Below, one piece after another: positions 27,161-41,422 of a stretch of DNA of 64,000 bases. The translations under genes and the position numbers were made by a program. The notes beneath the pieces were generated by a model. The model was not told the DNA's origin. It made no database searches and was given only the letters and a program-made list of their open reading frames with translations. The stretch is from the human T2T-CHM13v2.0 reference genome, Homo sapiens: the NCBI RefSeq assembly GCF_009914755.1, contig NC_060942.1. One strand, given 5' to 3'. Numbering within the stretch: position 1 is the stretch's first letter; every line of letters starts with the position of its first letter.

Positions 27161-28959
27161 TTATTATTAATAAAATCAAATATTTATGGTCCTTATTATG
27201 TTAAATGCAATATTGCAAGAACTGTAAAGTATTCAGCATAGTTTCCTTCTAGAGAACTGAGACCTTGTCACAAGCAAGGTTTACTATAAGTAGAAGATCT
27301 AATAACAAAAATAAAAGGAATTTAGAAAGGAAATTGATGATTAATTGTCAAGGAGCTATAGGGTCAAAAAGGAGACCTCTAAAAGTAAAGATATTCGGGA
27401 TTCAGAAAGGTTGGGGGGAAAGGAGAGGTATTCTATTATTGTGCTTAAAGACTACACAGTTGCAAATTACATATTAAAGATTGTATTAATAGAAAACAGT
27501 TATTGTTAAATGAATAGTTATAGTGAATAAAAGTAAGATTTTGATAAGAGATAAATATGGAAATGATTAACAGCAGTTAACTAGATTAATTAATGTCAAT
27601 TAAATATACTGAATTCACTGAAGCCTTTACATAAATCAGAACTCTTTTTTTTTCATGAGAAATTCTTGTAATGGGTTGGAGTGTTTTTGTTAGACTTGAT
27701 TGCTCCTTTCACTCAGCAACTCTGATCTTGTTGAGCAGTTGTGATAAGGCCAGCTGCATCTGAAATGAGCATGTATCAGTATTGTAACACCTTTAGGTCT
27801 ATCACCCCTACAAAACCCTTGTCACTTTAGTTTAATTGCAAATTCCCTGGAGAGCCTCCTCTAATGACCCATTTACATTAAAGCTTTTAAATTAGATTTC
27901 AATCTTAATTTCACTTGAAATGTTACCCTGGAGTAATCATTCCATTATAAATCATTTTATTTGATTTTATGGAATCCCTCAATTACAAGAGAAGTATTGA
28001 AATAAAGTGCAGCTATATTGAGACAAGCAGAGAGACAAAAGCAGAGTCTGTTTGACTTTGGGAAAATGTTATCAGTCAGGGCAAATCTTAGTCATTTATA
28101 AGTCACACAATGTCTTACAGTACTGAACTGTGGGATATTTTGTACCAGAGATAATTGGAGTAGTCTGACAGTTTGAATGGATATTAAGGCTTTAAACTTG
28201 TGCAGGAAGCATAGAAGAATGCCAAGATCATTCCAGATCAAGGCAGGATGCTTATGTCCTTTCTGGACAAATTGCTGACCCCAAGAGGCCATCTTTAAGA
28301 CAGAGTGGCATTTCAGAAATTACCTTCCTCTTTAAGTCTGTATTCAATTTATATATATATGTGCTATTGAGTTTCCTTTGATTGACAGCTCCTGTAGTAC
28401 ATATTATTTAGGCTTCACTCTCCGCATGGCAACTTTCCTATACACTTAACATGAGAACTTTCTCACAAGGTCTTTTTTACCTACTTTAGAATGGGTCAAG
28501 ATGCTTTTTGTTATTTAAAACTATGCCACAATACATTCTTCAGTTAACAGATATAAAAAGGAAAAGAAGGAAAGACAGACAGGACTTTTAATATGGATAA
28601 GTAGTAAACAAGTGTTAGAATTGGAAGGGACTGCAAACACAAAAGTCCAACCACCAAATTTTAGAAGAGGTTGCTGAAACTTAGAGTTAAGTTACTTATT
28701 CCCTTTGGCTTCAGTAACAATTCTAATTACTAGCAGAACAAGAAGCATTAACTAGGAACTTCAATGTATTTTTGCTCTATAATGTCAGTATTTCACTCTA
28801 ACAATACAGACTTCTTTTAAAAATTTCAAAAGAGTTTCCTTAAATTCTCCGAAAAGAAATGAAATGACTGTAAACACCAGCTAACTATAAGTAAGGCGTT
28901 GTCATAGGATGCAGATTGTGTCATTTATAATTTTTTTTTCAAGATTTTCCTGTGTGGCC

Positions 28960-29995
28960 TGACACCAGGTTAATTTTTAAGTAAATGTGCTGCATGTACT
29001 TATAAGAATGTATATTGTCTATTTGTTGCATTCTGGGTTCTATTTGTTTATTCATTCATATATTCAGGAAACATTTAATATCTACTGTGTTCCAAGCACT
29101 CAACTAGGCAGTGGGGTGGGGACTATAACAGTGAACCAGAAAACAAAAAGTCCATGACTTCTGTCAGCTTGTTAATATCAGACTTTCTGTGGTCTTACTA
29201 ATTTTTGTTCTTTTTGAGAACTGATTTTCTGAGAGACATGTGTTAATATATCCTGCTATGATTAGGGATATGTCATTGCTTAGAATTCTGTCAGTTTTTG
29301 CTTTAATTCCTTCAGCTAAGTTTTTAAGTGAAGACAAACATGATTGATATAGCTCATCAGTGAACTGCACATTTTATGTTTAGGAATGTCCCTGTCTTGA
29401 TGATTTTTGCCATAATTTTATTTTATCTGATATTAATGTGTAGAGAACAGCTTTCCTTTGAGTTGTGTGAAATATCTTTTAACAATCCTCTGTGTTAAAT
29501 TTTTGTGTTATTTTCTTTCTTTTAAACAACATACAGGCATTTTTCGTTGTTTTTCTATTTTATTTCAAGCTCCTAAGCACAGCATTTTGTCAGCTCCATT
29601 TTTGTTTCTGGTAATCTTTCTACTTTATGCACCCATTTTCCTCTTCTAGTCTGTGTTGAGGATTCCTTAGGTCTGGTGCACAAATATTGTCCTGAGATTT
29701 TTCTTTGGATGCCATATTTACTCCTAAATTTATTGTTTTATTTTGAGAATCTACATCTTCCAGTAGCTTCTTAAAAGAAACCATATAGGTAGTAAGTACA
29801 TGATATTTTATATATTTGGAAATTTTCTTTTTTGGCTTCATTCATGTTTGATTGATAGTTTGGTTGGGTATAGAAATTATTTTCCCTTTGAGTTTTTAAT
29901 TGCTCCCTTGTCTTCTAGCTCCCAGTGTTGTTCCTGAAAATCTAATGCCATCTGACTCCTACTTCTTTGTACTCAACTATGTTTTTATCTTTTTA
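28960..29995 (-). mobile_element. Ancient L1M fragments with an L2-like piece (about 29045-29165)
   Basis: L1 antisense-like 'aagaatgtatattgtctatttgttg', 'ttttatctgatattaat', 'ttgattgatagtttggttgggtataga'; degenerate. Confidence 0.5.
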
Positions 29996-31199
29996 GAAGG
30001 TATTAGTAGGGCAAACTTTCAAATGGAATAATTGGCTGGCTAGGGTGGGAGGGGGTTTTGTTGAACATACACATTTTCAACCAGTTCCCCTATTTTTAGC
30101 CCTTGCTTTATTCTCCTTCTACCATGTTACACTACATCATGTATTTTTATTTCTTGATGACTTTTAGGTTTCTGCCTCACCAATAAGCATGCTTTGCATT
30201 ATATCATTATCCTAAATTTGTGTGGTAATGTTCTCCTCTGCACTGAGTCAATTATCATTATCATACCTCTCTTCTAACATTTGTTGATAACTTCTTGTTC
30301 TCTGTTGTGCCTTCTCCTACTCAATTTGTCTTTAAGGGTTTATATAATTTTATTTCTTTATTTTGATGGAATCTTAGGAAAGGTTGATGCTAAATCCACA
30401 TGTTCATTATGCTATATTTAAATATTTAATCAGAAGTCCATTGGATATGTTCTAAGAATTTACTTTTATTACTGCTAAAATCTTGGCCAGAATATTTCTG
30501 TGAGTTGGGGAGGTTGGTTTGCGTGTGCATGTGTGTGGAGCAGAGGGGTTGGAATGTGTTTTTCCACATCGATCCAGTTTGGTGTATTTATTCTTTTATT
30601 TTTATTTCTTATCAAATCCTTCACAGAGGAAGAAACTGAGACTCAGGGATAATAAATCACTAACTGAAGACAACAAAATCATGTCAAGTTGCAGAGTCCA
30701 TATCTGGCTCCAAAGCAAATGCGCAATACAAATTATATTTATGGGTAATGATTAATTACTTAAAATGACAACAAGTGTGTCTGTTAATAACGAATAGTTT
30801 CACCCACCAAAGGTCTGACTTGTGAAGTGTTATTGTTTATAATTTACTTACACTCAACTTTCCACCATCTATTGTTTGGATTCCCATCCTTTGTACTAAG
30901 ATTTTTATAACAATAGATTTTGCCTTTTTGATTATGGACACAAGCATACATTATAGAGGGTAATTTATGATGAAGAGACAGTTAAATATGATCTAACTAG
31001 TTTACCGTGGCATGGTTCCACAATCATTCTACATAATTAACAATTAGAGACATCTGATGAAGTAATGTAGCAGTATAATAGAGAAGCATAGGTCAAACTC
31101 ACTCAGAGAGCCACTTCCAGCCCATACTGCATCATGGAGACAACTAACAGCTTTCAGGTACTCATATTTTGCATATAATCTTAATTAATTCCTTCTGTG

Positions 31200-31266
31200 T
31201 CCTTTCCATTTTTTTTTTCCTTTTTTCTTTCTTCTTTCCTTTTTTCCTTTCTTTCTTCCCTTTCTT
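31200..31266. repeat. Low-complexity pyrimidine (T/C) tract
   Basis: About 65 bp of almost pure C/T. Confidence 0.8.
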
Positions 31267-31828
31267 GGGAACTATTCCTTCAAAATTGTGTTCAGGGTAG
31301 GCAGGTAGCATCAAATAATTCAGAAGCTTTTGGGTCATTATAAGAACTTTACTATAAGCACTGTACCCAGAGAGTGAATACACGTTTGCCGAGTGAATAA
31401 ATAAATTGATAGGTCATTGTATATTTATTGGCGCCTTCCATGATACATACAATGTGTTTGTTAGCTGCTGGGAAAATGTGAACAATCCACACAGTGGTTT
31501 GTTTTATTTCATCCCAGCCCATATTTTTTAAAACAAGTTACAATTCTTAACAAAGGTTATTTAGTGACTCAGGCTCTCAATACATATATTAACTAGAAAC
31601 AAATGAATGTAAATATTATATTTTGACTTGGTCAAACAAAGTATTAGGTACTATAAATACATGACCTGAAGTGTTATGGCTATAGAGAATTCTGGGTCCT
31701 GCAGGAATGAAAAATGGACAAGGGTTAAACAATGAAATACTTACAGGGAGAAAATATATATAAGGTGCATGGCATGTGCCTAGGATGTGAGATCCTGCTC
31801 AATGTTACCCTACAGGGATAGTTAAGTT

Positions 31829-32502
31829 CAGGGTTGCCAGATCTGATATTCCAAAATAAACTAGAAATTCAGGGGTTTTGGTAAATTTCCTCAGTTTTTA
31901 AAGGTTGAAAACATAGCTGAACTGCTTAGTTGCAAATAACAGAGGCCTCTCTAGCAGGTATAAGAAGCAAAGGAATTTATTAAACAGTATAGATGGACAC
32001 AGGCTCCAGGAAACCAGAAAATCCATCCTAGGATTATGCTGCCAACAACTACACCTACAACGTACTGCAGGGCTAGTCTAGTGAAGACGCTGCCGTTGCT
32101 ACCTACGGGCATAGACACTGAGTCTCAACACCATTGATGCTGACTACCTTGCTGGAACTCTGCCACTGGCGTTGTTACCTGAATCAGACAGGTTTCCCTG
32201 CAGTGCCTATTTCTGAACTGAAGCCTCACTCTAGTGTATTTGATTGGGATAGTCCATATTCTTGCTTCACAGCAGCCTGGCAGGAAGTGTATCTGACTTC
32301 TATGTCAGAGAGATAAGTACTTATAAGGAGGAAAAACAAACAAACAAATAAGAAGTGTATTCAAAGGAAATGGGTGGCTAAAAGGTATGACACATTTCCT
32401 CGAAAACCACCAATTCAAATTTAAAAAGATAAACACCATGCTTGCCATCAAAACCAAACTTTGTGTGAATTTGCCTGTCAATCATTTGTTTGTGGTCTCT
32501 TG
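31829..32502. mobile_element. MER103C-like hAT remnant interrupted by an old LTR-like insert (about 31910-32410)
   Basis: 'cagggttgccagatctg...ctagaaatt..gg.tttt' start and 'attcaaattt...gtttgtggtctcttg' end; middle resembles antisense MLT/LTR33 ('ttagttgcaaataacaga...aaaggaatttatt'). Confidence 0.4.
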
Positions 32503-33914
32503 TCTAGTGTAGGAGTTTTCATTCTATATATAAAAGTAAAGTAATACTATTAATACATGAAAAAATAATTGAGACAGCTAGCATGTCCTTCAGAACAATG
32601 GCAGAGAGTAGACTTCCACAGCTCTAAGCTCATTATCTCAGTAGCTAGAGTCATTTTTAATCTACTCAGATCTGCCAGCAATATCATGTATAATATCATG
32701 GCTTGTCTCATATGTGCTTTATATAGTCTTATAACAAAACTATGCTGAAAGATAAATGAAATAATAACTTTCTGCCTAACTCAAATTTCTAAAATGTGGT
32801 GCTTACAGCTTAGAAAAGTTTTACTTGAGCAGAAAGAAAAGATGGAATTAATAAACTCAGAGAATAGATCCAAAGCATCCCTCATATATTCAATGACACC
32901 CTATTCTTTTCCTCCATCTCCCCTAGACTTTTCAGCAGTTGAGTTTTGAGCTCCACCCTTGCTTCATAGGAATCCTGAATGCATGTCTAGAAAAAAAGTC
33001 CTTTTTAAGAGCTCCTCTTTTGAACTATTGCCCAATAAATATGTCATTTTCTACATTATAAAATTAGTACATAGAAATTAATGTGTAGCCATCTTTTACT
33101 TATTTACTATAAATTATGTTACTGAAACATCATTGAGACCATGATTAAATTATCATGGCATGGTAAGTTGGCCTTTCCCATCTTGTGGTTGAACTACTCC
33201 TATGTCTACCCTGGAGGAAATTTAGGGTTTTCTATCTCCCAGAATTGAATGTTTCCTCTGTGTTTCAGACACTATCCTCATGCTTAGGGAGTAAATGAGT
33301 TTTGAAAAGAGAGCATCATATCATCATTGTGGTGTGGTTTCCTGGCCTCAAGACAAGAAAGCGATTACAACCTCTGAATAGTTCTAATGGTGGATTGTTC
33401 TTGAGGGCAAGTCTGAATACAGCTTGCTTTTTCTCTAGCCCTCAGTCTTTTACTCTATCCAAAATTCAAATAGAGAAAAGAGATGATTTGTTGTGAATTA
33501 TTTTAGCAGTAGCAGTTAGCATCAGCTTTGGGAAAAACATTTCTTCAGATTTTGTGACATACATATCTCCTGTTGGTCTGATTTTTTTTTTCACTCATTA
33601 ATAAATTCTTGGTTAAAAGTTCTGAAGTTTGACCCGCAATCTTGGTATCGTCGTCTTGATGAGTGGCTAGGACCATCAGGCTACACCCATCCTCTTCCCC
33701 AAATAGGAGAGCTGATTATGTACAACATAGGCTATCTGCAAATAATTATAACTACTACTCAAGATTTCCAAGAGTGTGTGCATTATGGAATTATCAGTTG
33801 GGTTGGCCAATTTTCACGAGGTGCATAGAACTAACATTACAAAGCCTCCCAATGTCATGCCATAATAGAAGCCAGATCTCTTGTGTCAAGAATACCTGAC
33901 TAGAAAAAAGCACT

Positions 33915-34369
33915 GTTAACAGATAATTAACTGCCCCCCAAAACCCATCTCTTCTTCCTTTCAGAAGTAGAATTCCTTCAGTGCCTAGCTGGAGGAGTCA
34001 TTTTTCAGCCTCTTTGCAGCTAGGTGTGTTCATGTGTCTAAAATAATTAGATGTGAGTGCAAGAGATTTGTATAACTTCTAGATAAAATCCATAAAAGGA
34101 ATCTGCTTACTCTCTCCTTCCTCTTGCCACGAGCTGGAAGTGGTACTAATGAGCTGGCTTTAATCATCAAATGTGGAGATCGTCTGGATGGTATGGTGAC
34201 AAGACAGAAGGAGTCTAGGTGCCTAGATGGCTTCATGGAGCAGAGTTGTCATACATGTCCTAGACCACATGTCTCTTCACTGCCCTGAGGGAGGGAAATG
34301 AATGTCTTATGTTATTTACACTTGGAACATTTTCTACCAAGGAGTTTGGTTTGTAGGTTAATCAATACA
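33915..34369 (+). mobile_element. MaLR solo LTR, MLT1J-like
   Basis: 'cattttcagcctctttgcagctaggtgtg..catgtg', 'aagacagaaggagtctaggtgcc', ends 'aataca'. Confidence 0.65.
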
Positions 34370-34899
34370 GCATGGAATGTAAAAACAATTCTTTGTTTAC
34401 TTTCCACTATTTTTTCAATTACTGGAAGACTGGATACTATGATAGAAAGATCATGACATATTAATGTTAAACAGATCTGATTTGACTCTAAGTCTTGCAA
34501 CTTTTGGAGCTGTATGATCTTGAACACATTATTTAGTGTCCTTAAACCTCAGTTTCCTTATCTTTGAAGAGAGTATATTAATAGCTGTTTCATAGGGCTC
34601 TGGTGAGTTCAGCAATTTCTGCCACATAGTGGGTATACAATATATTCCAACTATTATGCTTGTATTATCTATTGGAATTAACCCTAAAACGTGACAATTG
34701 TATAGTGGTTGTACTTTATTAAAATAGTCTTTTCATTGAGAGACATACATTGGAACATTTACCGATGAAATTAAAAATAAACAACTATGGATTCACCATA
34801 ATTGGTTTCTCAGCCTCCATTCTCTATCTTATCCAGTCTTACCTTCCTCCAGCCTCTAGATTTAGCTTCCTACATGTTGGTTTTAAGTTTTTAAAAATT

Positions 34900-37800
34900 G
34901 ATTTGCTTGTTTTATTATTATTATGTTTTGGGACCTCTTTATAGACTCTGGATAAATGTCCATTATCAGATATGAGATTTGCAAATATTTTCTCTTAGTA
35001 TGTGGCTTATATTTTCATTCTCTTAACAGTATCATTTGAGGAGTAGGCATTTTTAATTTTGATGAAGTCCAGTTGATTATCTTTTGCTTTTACATATTGT
35101 GTTTTTAGTGGGTGTCCAAGTAATCTATGCTTAACCTAAGGTTACAAAGATTTCATCTATATTTTCTTCTAGCAGTTTTATATTTTTAAGTTTTATATTT
35201 CTGTGATCCATTTAAGAGTTCATTTTTACATATGATACATATACATATTCAATTTTTACAGCACCATTTGTTGAAATACCATTCTTTCTCCACTGAAATG
35301 TCTTTGCACCTTTGTGAAAAATTAATTGACAGCAGATTTGTGGATCTATTTCTGTGCTCTCTGTTCTGTTCCATTGATCCACTTATGTATATTTATGGCA
35401 ATTCCACTCTGTCTTGAGAACAGTAGCTTTATAATAAGACTTGAAATGAAGTAGTGTAAGTCCTCCAACTTTATTCTTCTTTTTAAAAGTTGTTTTGGCT
35501 ATTCTAAGGCTTTTGCATTTCCATATGGATTATAGAATCAGCTTTTCAATTTCTGTAAAAAGTCTGCTGTAATTATGATTTGAATTACATTGAATCTATT
35601 GATCAAACTGGGGAGAATTGAAATCTTAATATTTAGTCTGCATTTACAGGGCAATGGTACATCACTCTATTTATTTAGGTTATCTTTTTTTCTCCCAAAA
35701 TGTTTTTGCAGTTTTGGTGTACAATTCTTACACATCACTTATCAGATATACCCCTAAGTATTTCAGGTTTTTGATGCTATTGTAAATGCTATTTTAAAAA
35801 TTTTATTTTCTGATTTGTAGTATATAGAAACCCAATTTAATTTTGCATTTGTATCTTGTAGTCTATAACCTTGCTAAATTCATATATTAGTTCTAGTAGC
35901 TTTCTTATAGATTCTACAGTGTTTTCTATAGAAATGATCACATAATCTATGAATAAAGACAGTTGTCTCCTGGCAATCTGGATTCCTTTTATTTCTTTTT
36001 ATTGCATGAATGCACTGAGTAGGCCTCTAGCATAATATTAAATAGAAGTGATGAGAGAGGACATCTTTGTCATGCTCCTGATCTTTGGGGAAGTATTCAG
36101 TTGTTCAACATCAACTATGTTGTTAGCCATATGGTTTTCACAGATACTCTGTTAGATTGAGAAAGTTCACTACTGTATTAGGACATTTTTGTGTCACGTA
36201 TATAAAAACATACCTGAGAATGGGTAATTTATAAACAAAAGAGGCTTAATTGGCTCATGGTTCTGCAGGCTGTACAGGAAGCATGATGCTGGCATCTGCT
36301 TGGTCTCTGGTGAGTCCATAACAATGCCTTTAAATAAATTTTTTTATTTCATTAAAATTATTGAACTTCTTAGCATAAACTTAATCATAATATTCCTTTA
36401 TTATTTTTTAAATATCTGTCAAACCTGTAGTGGTGTCACCTCATTCCAGATATTTGCAATTTGTATCTTTTACACTTTTTTCCTCATCAATCTGGGTACA
36501 GGTTTCTCAATTACATTGACCTCAAAGAACAGATGCTGATTTTATTGATATACTCTGTTTCCTATTTCACTGATTTCTGTTCTGATCTTTATTGTTTCCT
36601 CTTCTTTTTCTTGTCTTGTTTTGGGTCTTACTTGGTCTTTTTCCCCCCAGTCTATTAATGGTCTTAATAAAAAGTAAGGTCTTTGATTTGACATGCTCCT
36701 TCTTCTTTAATATAGGTGTTATATTGCTGTACATTTTCCTCTAACTACTGCTTTAGTGGCATCCTACAAATACTGATATGTTTTGTTTCCATTTTTATTC
36801 AGTTGAAAATACTTTTGAATTTCTCTTTTGATTTACTCTTCATTGATGAGTTTTTAAAAATGTTTTACTTAGTTTTTATATTTTGGGGGATTTTACAGAT
36901 ACCTTTCTGTTGTTAATTTCTGAATTAGGTCCATTTTGGTCAGAAAACGTACATTGTATTACTTACAGTTTTAAAATTTACTAAGCCTTTATAAATGGCT
37001 CAAAGTGTGGTTTATTTTGGTAAATGTTCTATCTGCATTTGAAAAGTGTCTTTGCTGTTGTTGAATGGTACATTTTATATATGTCTATTAAATCAAATTA
37101 GTTAATAGTATTGTTCAAGTCTCCTATATTCTTAGTGATATTCTGTCTATATTTTCTTTCAATTAATGGGAGAGGGGTGTTCAAAACTCCAAATGTAATT
37201 GTGGATTTGTCAAAATCTCATTGAAGTTCTGTCTGTTTTTGCTTCATGTGTTTTGAATCTCTATTAGCGGGACATAAACATTTAGGACTGTATGTCTTCT
37301 TGATGACTTTACTGCTATTTCCTTATGAAATGACCATCTTTGTCTCTTTTAGTAATATTTCCTCTGAAATCTATTTAGCCAGATAATAATATAGGCACTC
37401 CATATTTCTTTACTTTTGATTAGTGTTAGCATAGTCTATATATTTTAATCCTTCTACTTTTAACCTAGTTAAGTCTTTATATTTAAAGCTTAGCTCCTTT
37501 AGGCAACATATGGTTGGGTCTTGCTTTTTATATCCAATGAGAAAAATATCTGCTTTTTGGTTGGTGGGGTTATACTACTTACATATAAAGGAGTTTTTCT
37601 ATTGTTGGGTTTAAAATTATCATCTTGCTACTTGTTTTCTATTTGTTTCAACTGACATTTGTTCTCTTTTTCTCTATTTTTCTGCTTGCTTGTGAATTGA
37701 GTATTTTGTGATTATTTTGTATCATTTATTAGTTTATTAGCTATAATTTGATAGGGATGTGCATGTGTGTCTATGTGTGTATTTAGTGGCTATGTTAGAA

Positions 37801-38470
37801 TTTTTAGGGCTCTTATGTCTTCTATAGATCTAGTATCATTATTCTTCTGCCTGAAGTAATTCTTTTAACTATTTCACAGTTCTGGTCTTATAGTGATTAA
37901 TTATTTTAGCTTTTGCATATTAGAATTGTTTTTTAACTACATTTTAAAGTTATTTCTTTGCAGGGCATAAAATTCCACATTGAGAGCTTTTTTCTCTCAG
38001 TACTTCAAAGATGTTGCTCTACTATCTTCCGGCTTTGCAATTATTTTCTAATAAGAAACCTGAAGCTGTTCTTATCTTTGTTTTTCTATACATAATGTGT
38101 GTCTTTTTTCTGGATGCTTTTAAGATATTTTAATCCCTGATTTTAAACAATTAGATTATGTGGTACTCAGGTGTAACTTCTCTTCAGGTTCTTGCACTTG
38201 CGTTAGGTGAATTTCTTGGATCAGGGGGTCTATAGTTTTCATCAAATTTGGGAAACTATTAGCCACACTTGTTAAAATATTTTTTCTGTTCCCTTCTCAC
38301 TCATTGACCTTTTGGGGACTCCAAGTACATGTATATTATAATACTTAAGTTTGTCCCACAGGTCTCTGATGCTCTGTTCATTTTTTTCAGTCTTTTGTTC
38401 TTTATTTTATTTAATTTCCATGGCTGTGTCTTTGAGTTCCACCTCAAGGTCAGTGTGTTTTTATTCTGTT
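34900..38470 (-). mobile_element. Old L1 (L1M) ORF2-to-5' region, fragmented
   Basis: Antisense L1 ORF2 hallmarks: 'tcagatatgagatttgcaaatattttctc', 'cagcaccatttgttgaa', 'ttgaatctattgatcaaactggggagaattga', 'aatagaagtgatgagagaggacatc'; no long ORF. Confidence 0.85.
36174..36315 (-). mobile_element. Truncated MST (MSTA/B) LTR end inside L1
   Basis: 'tgtattagg...acctgagaatgggtaatttataaacaaaagagg.ttaattggctcatggttctgcaggctgtacaggaagcatgatgctggcatctgct'. Confidence 0.85.
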
Positions 38471-38869
38471 GTGTGGAAAGCAGTTGATCTATTTGTATGA
38501 AAAAGAAAATATTGTCTCCAGCTGATGCACATCTCCATCAGAGTGTTGCATGTAAGCAAAACACAGCACAAGCTGGATCTTATCCTCCCTCGCTCCTTCA
38601 TCTACAAATCTATATAAGGTCAGACCCTATTTTGCAGTACAGAAACCACACAAGTTTATGTTGTGGCCCTGTATATCCTATAGTCCATGAATAAAACACT
38701 AGACCTAAGCAGTTGTGTGGGGAAGCCTTAGAATTTTTAGGGAAAAGACATTGGATTTTAAAGCATTAAACTGTTCCAAAGCCTGGAAAAAGAATGAAAA
38801 CTTCAAATTGCTGTTATGAAATACACATATATTGATATCAAAGGCCCAAAATAAACCCATATATGCACA

Positions 38870-40860
38870 TACACTGAAACTACCAATGATCTCACAAACA
38901 AATATTAATGCAAAATCCAAAATAAAAGACTAGCAATAGTACCTAGCAGGATACTAACAAAAAATATGCTCTGGGCAAATGAGGCTTATCTCAAGCATGC
39001 AAGGCTGGTTCAATATTACCAAATCTATTAATATAATTATAATAGATTAGAAGAGGAGAACTCTATGATCCTCCAAAAAAGATGCTGAAATGTATTTGAT
39101 AAAATTCAACATTTATTCCTGACTAAAATAAACAAATGAACAAATTCAATAAAGTGAGAATAGATATCGCAGTAGCATGATAATCACACCCTCATGTATC
39201 TTAACCCTCAAACCAACATAATTTTTTTTTTTTTTTTTTGAGACAGAGTCTCGCTCTGTCGCCCAGGCTGGAATGCAGTGGCACCATCTCGGCTCACTGT
39301 AAGCTCTGTCTCCTCAGTTTACACCATTCTCCTGCCTCAGCCTCCTGAGTAGCTGGGACTACAGGCGCCCACCACCATGCTTAGCTAATTTTTTATATTT
39401 TTTATTAGAGACAGGGTTTCCCCATGTTAGCCAGGATGGTCTTGATCTCCTGACCTCGTGATCTGCCTGCCTCGGCCTCCCAAAGTGCTGGGATTACAGG
39501 CTTGAGCCACCATGCCCGGCCCCAACATCATTTTTTAATGATAAATCATTCCAGTGAAAGTCAGGGACAAGATAAAAATTCCCACTATAATCAATTATAG
39601 AACAATAAATTTGAGGTATAATAATTGGAATGAAGAAGATAAAGTCATTATATTTAGGATATATTGTTACATCCCTGGAAAACAATCACATGGAAAAATA
39701 TTACCAGGAAAAGAAATCAGTAAGTTGATAAAACAAGAAAAAAATAGACTTTGTATACCTATAAGTAATGAACAGGAAATATTATGAAAGAAGAGTTGAT
39801 TTCTAAAAGCTGGTTGATAAAAATTATTTATAAAATAAGTTTATTGCTAAGAATTGTAGGTTGCATTTCCAGTAGCAACAGAAATAATACAAATTTTTAA
39901 AATCAACTTAAAAAGAAATGAGCAAAAGATAACAAAGAGCTTCAGAGAGCTATGAAGAAACAAAAGAACGAGAAAAAGAAAAGCATGTTTTCTTGTAAGA
40001 AGACAATATTAAAATATGCTAATTTTCATAAATTAATCTGTGTATTTACCTCATTCTCAATAAGTTTATAAGCAAGAATTTGAAAGCATATTTAGTTTGA
40101 GAACTAAATATCACAAACTAAAGTTTATATAAGAAAAATGCATTGGCAAGAATAATCAGCAAAATTTTGAGGGAAAAAAAGAGTAATTAAGGAAGACTAC
40201 ATTTACCAATCATCAAATCATATTATAAAATTAAAGTGATTAAAATAGAATAGTAGTGACACTTGATACCAGTAAGCCTCCCTTATGGAGAAAAATAAAA
40301 CGATATAAACTGCTAATGGGAGTATAGAAGCCTGTATCTTTCATGAGTGGAAATACAGCAAAATTGATCAAAATTGTCAAAGCATATAGCTTTTGTCCCA
40401 GCAAGTCTACTACCATATAGTTATTCTACAAATATATTTCCACAGGTTTAAATAATTTATAATCAATATATTTCACAGTATTTTTGAAAATAGCAATGGA
40501 CTAGAAGCAATGAGAATTTCAGTGATGGTGAACTGGTTAAGTAGTTTATTGTAAATTCATGCAATGGAATCCTAAGTGCCCATTAAAAGCAATGATGCTA
40601 TTCCATATGTAATCCTATAGCTAATACACATTGTTAAGTGAAAAAAAAATAGACATAAAACATTATATATAGCATGCTATCATTTTTGAAAAACAATGTA
40701 ACTAGCATTGTTGTATATTGATATGTGAAGATTATCCCTAATACAGAAGAAAACAAGGAATAATTATTAACCTCTGGTGCAGGGAACTGGGTGGTCCAAG
40801 GACTTCAGCTGGAGATTAATTTATCACAGAATGTTTGTCTGCTTCTCTTGAATTTTGTAT
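38870..40860 (+). mobile_element. Ancient L1M ORF2/3' UTR fragments (sense)
   Basis: 'atgcaaggctggttcaatatt', 'gatgctgaaa..tatttgataaaattcaaca', 'atagcttttgtcccagcaa', 'catgcaatggaatcct'; split by an Alu. Confidence 0.7.
39222..39521 (-). mobile_element. Alu SINE, AluY-like
   Basis: Y-type 'aagctc', 'ccattctcc', 'gttagccaggatggtc..gatctcctgacctcgtgat'; TSD ccaacat(a/c)atttttt (39213.. / 39522..). Confidence 0.93.
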
Positions 40861-40870
40861 CATATACATG

Positions 40871-41422
40871 TGTCAGAGGTCTTTGAACCAGAGCAACTCC
40901 ATCTTGAATAGGAGCTAGGTAAAATGCGACTGAGACCTACTGGGCTGTATTCCCAGATGGTTAAGGCATTCTAAGTCACAGGATGAGATAGGAAGTCGGC
41001 ACAAAATACAGGCCATAAAGACCTTGCTGATAAAACAGATTGCAGTAAAGAAGCTAGCTAAAATCCACCAAAACCAAGAGAGCGACAAGAGTGACCTCTC
41101 TTGTCCTCACAGCTACACTCCCACCAGCACCATGACAGTTTACAAATGCCATGACAATGTCAGGAAGTTACCCTATATGGCCTGAAAAGGGGAGGCATGA
41201 ATAATCCACCCCTTGTTTAGCATATCATCAAGAAATAAAAATAAAAATGGGTAACCCACAGCCCTCGGGGCTGCTCTGCTTATGGAGTAGCCATTCTTTA
41301 TTCCTTTACTTTCTTAATAAACTTGCTTTCACTTTACTCTATGGACTCACCCTGAATTCTTTCTTGTGGGAGATCCAAGAACCCTCTCTTGGGGTCTGGA
41401 TCGGGGCCTCTTTCCTGTAACA
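40871..41422 (+). mobile_element. MER41A ERV1 solo LTR
   Basis: 'tgtcagagg..tttgaaccagagcaactccatcttgaatagg...aagaaccctctcttggggtctggatcgg...ttcctgtaaca'; 552 bp; 4-bp TSD catg/tgtg. Confidence 0.93.

Noticed and set aside
33655-33716. C/D-box snoRNA (TGATGA ... CTGA about 55 nt apart)
   Set aside because: Imperfect C box, no terminal stem and no recognisable rRNA/snRNA guide
39222-39521. Old World monkey origin, suggested by Alu variants GGCTCAAGCC and GTAAAC
   Set aside because: Other macaque AluYR-type positions I recall are absent and the Alu is heavily mutated; not enough to assign a species
34900-40860. Twin-priming inverted L1 formed by the head-to-head L1 fragments
   Set aside because: Both pieces appear to contain the same RT-region segment and differ in decay, so they are more likely independent old insertions
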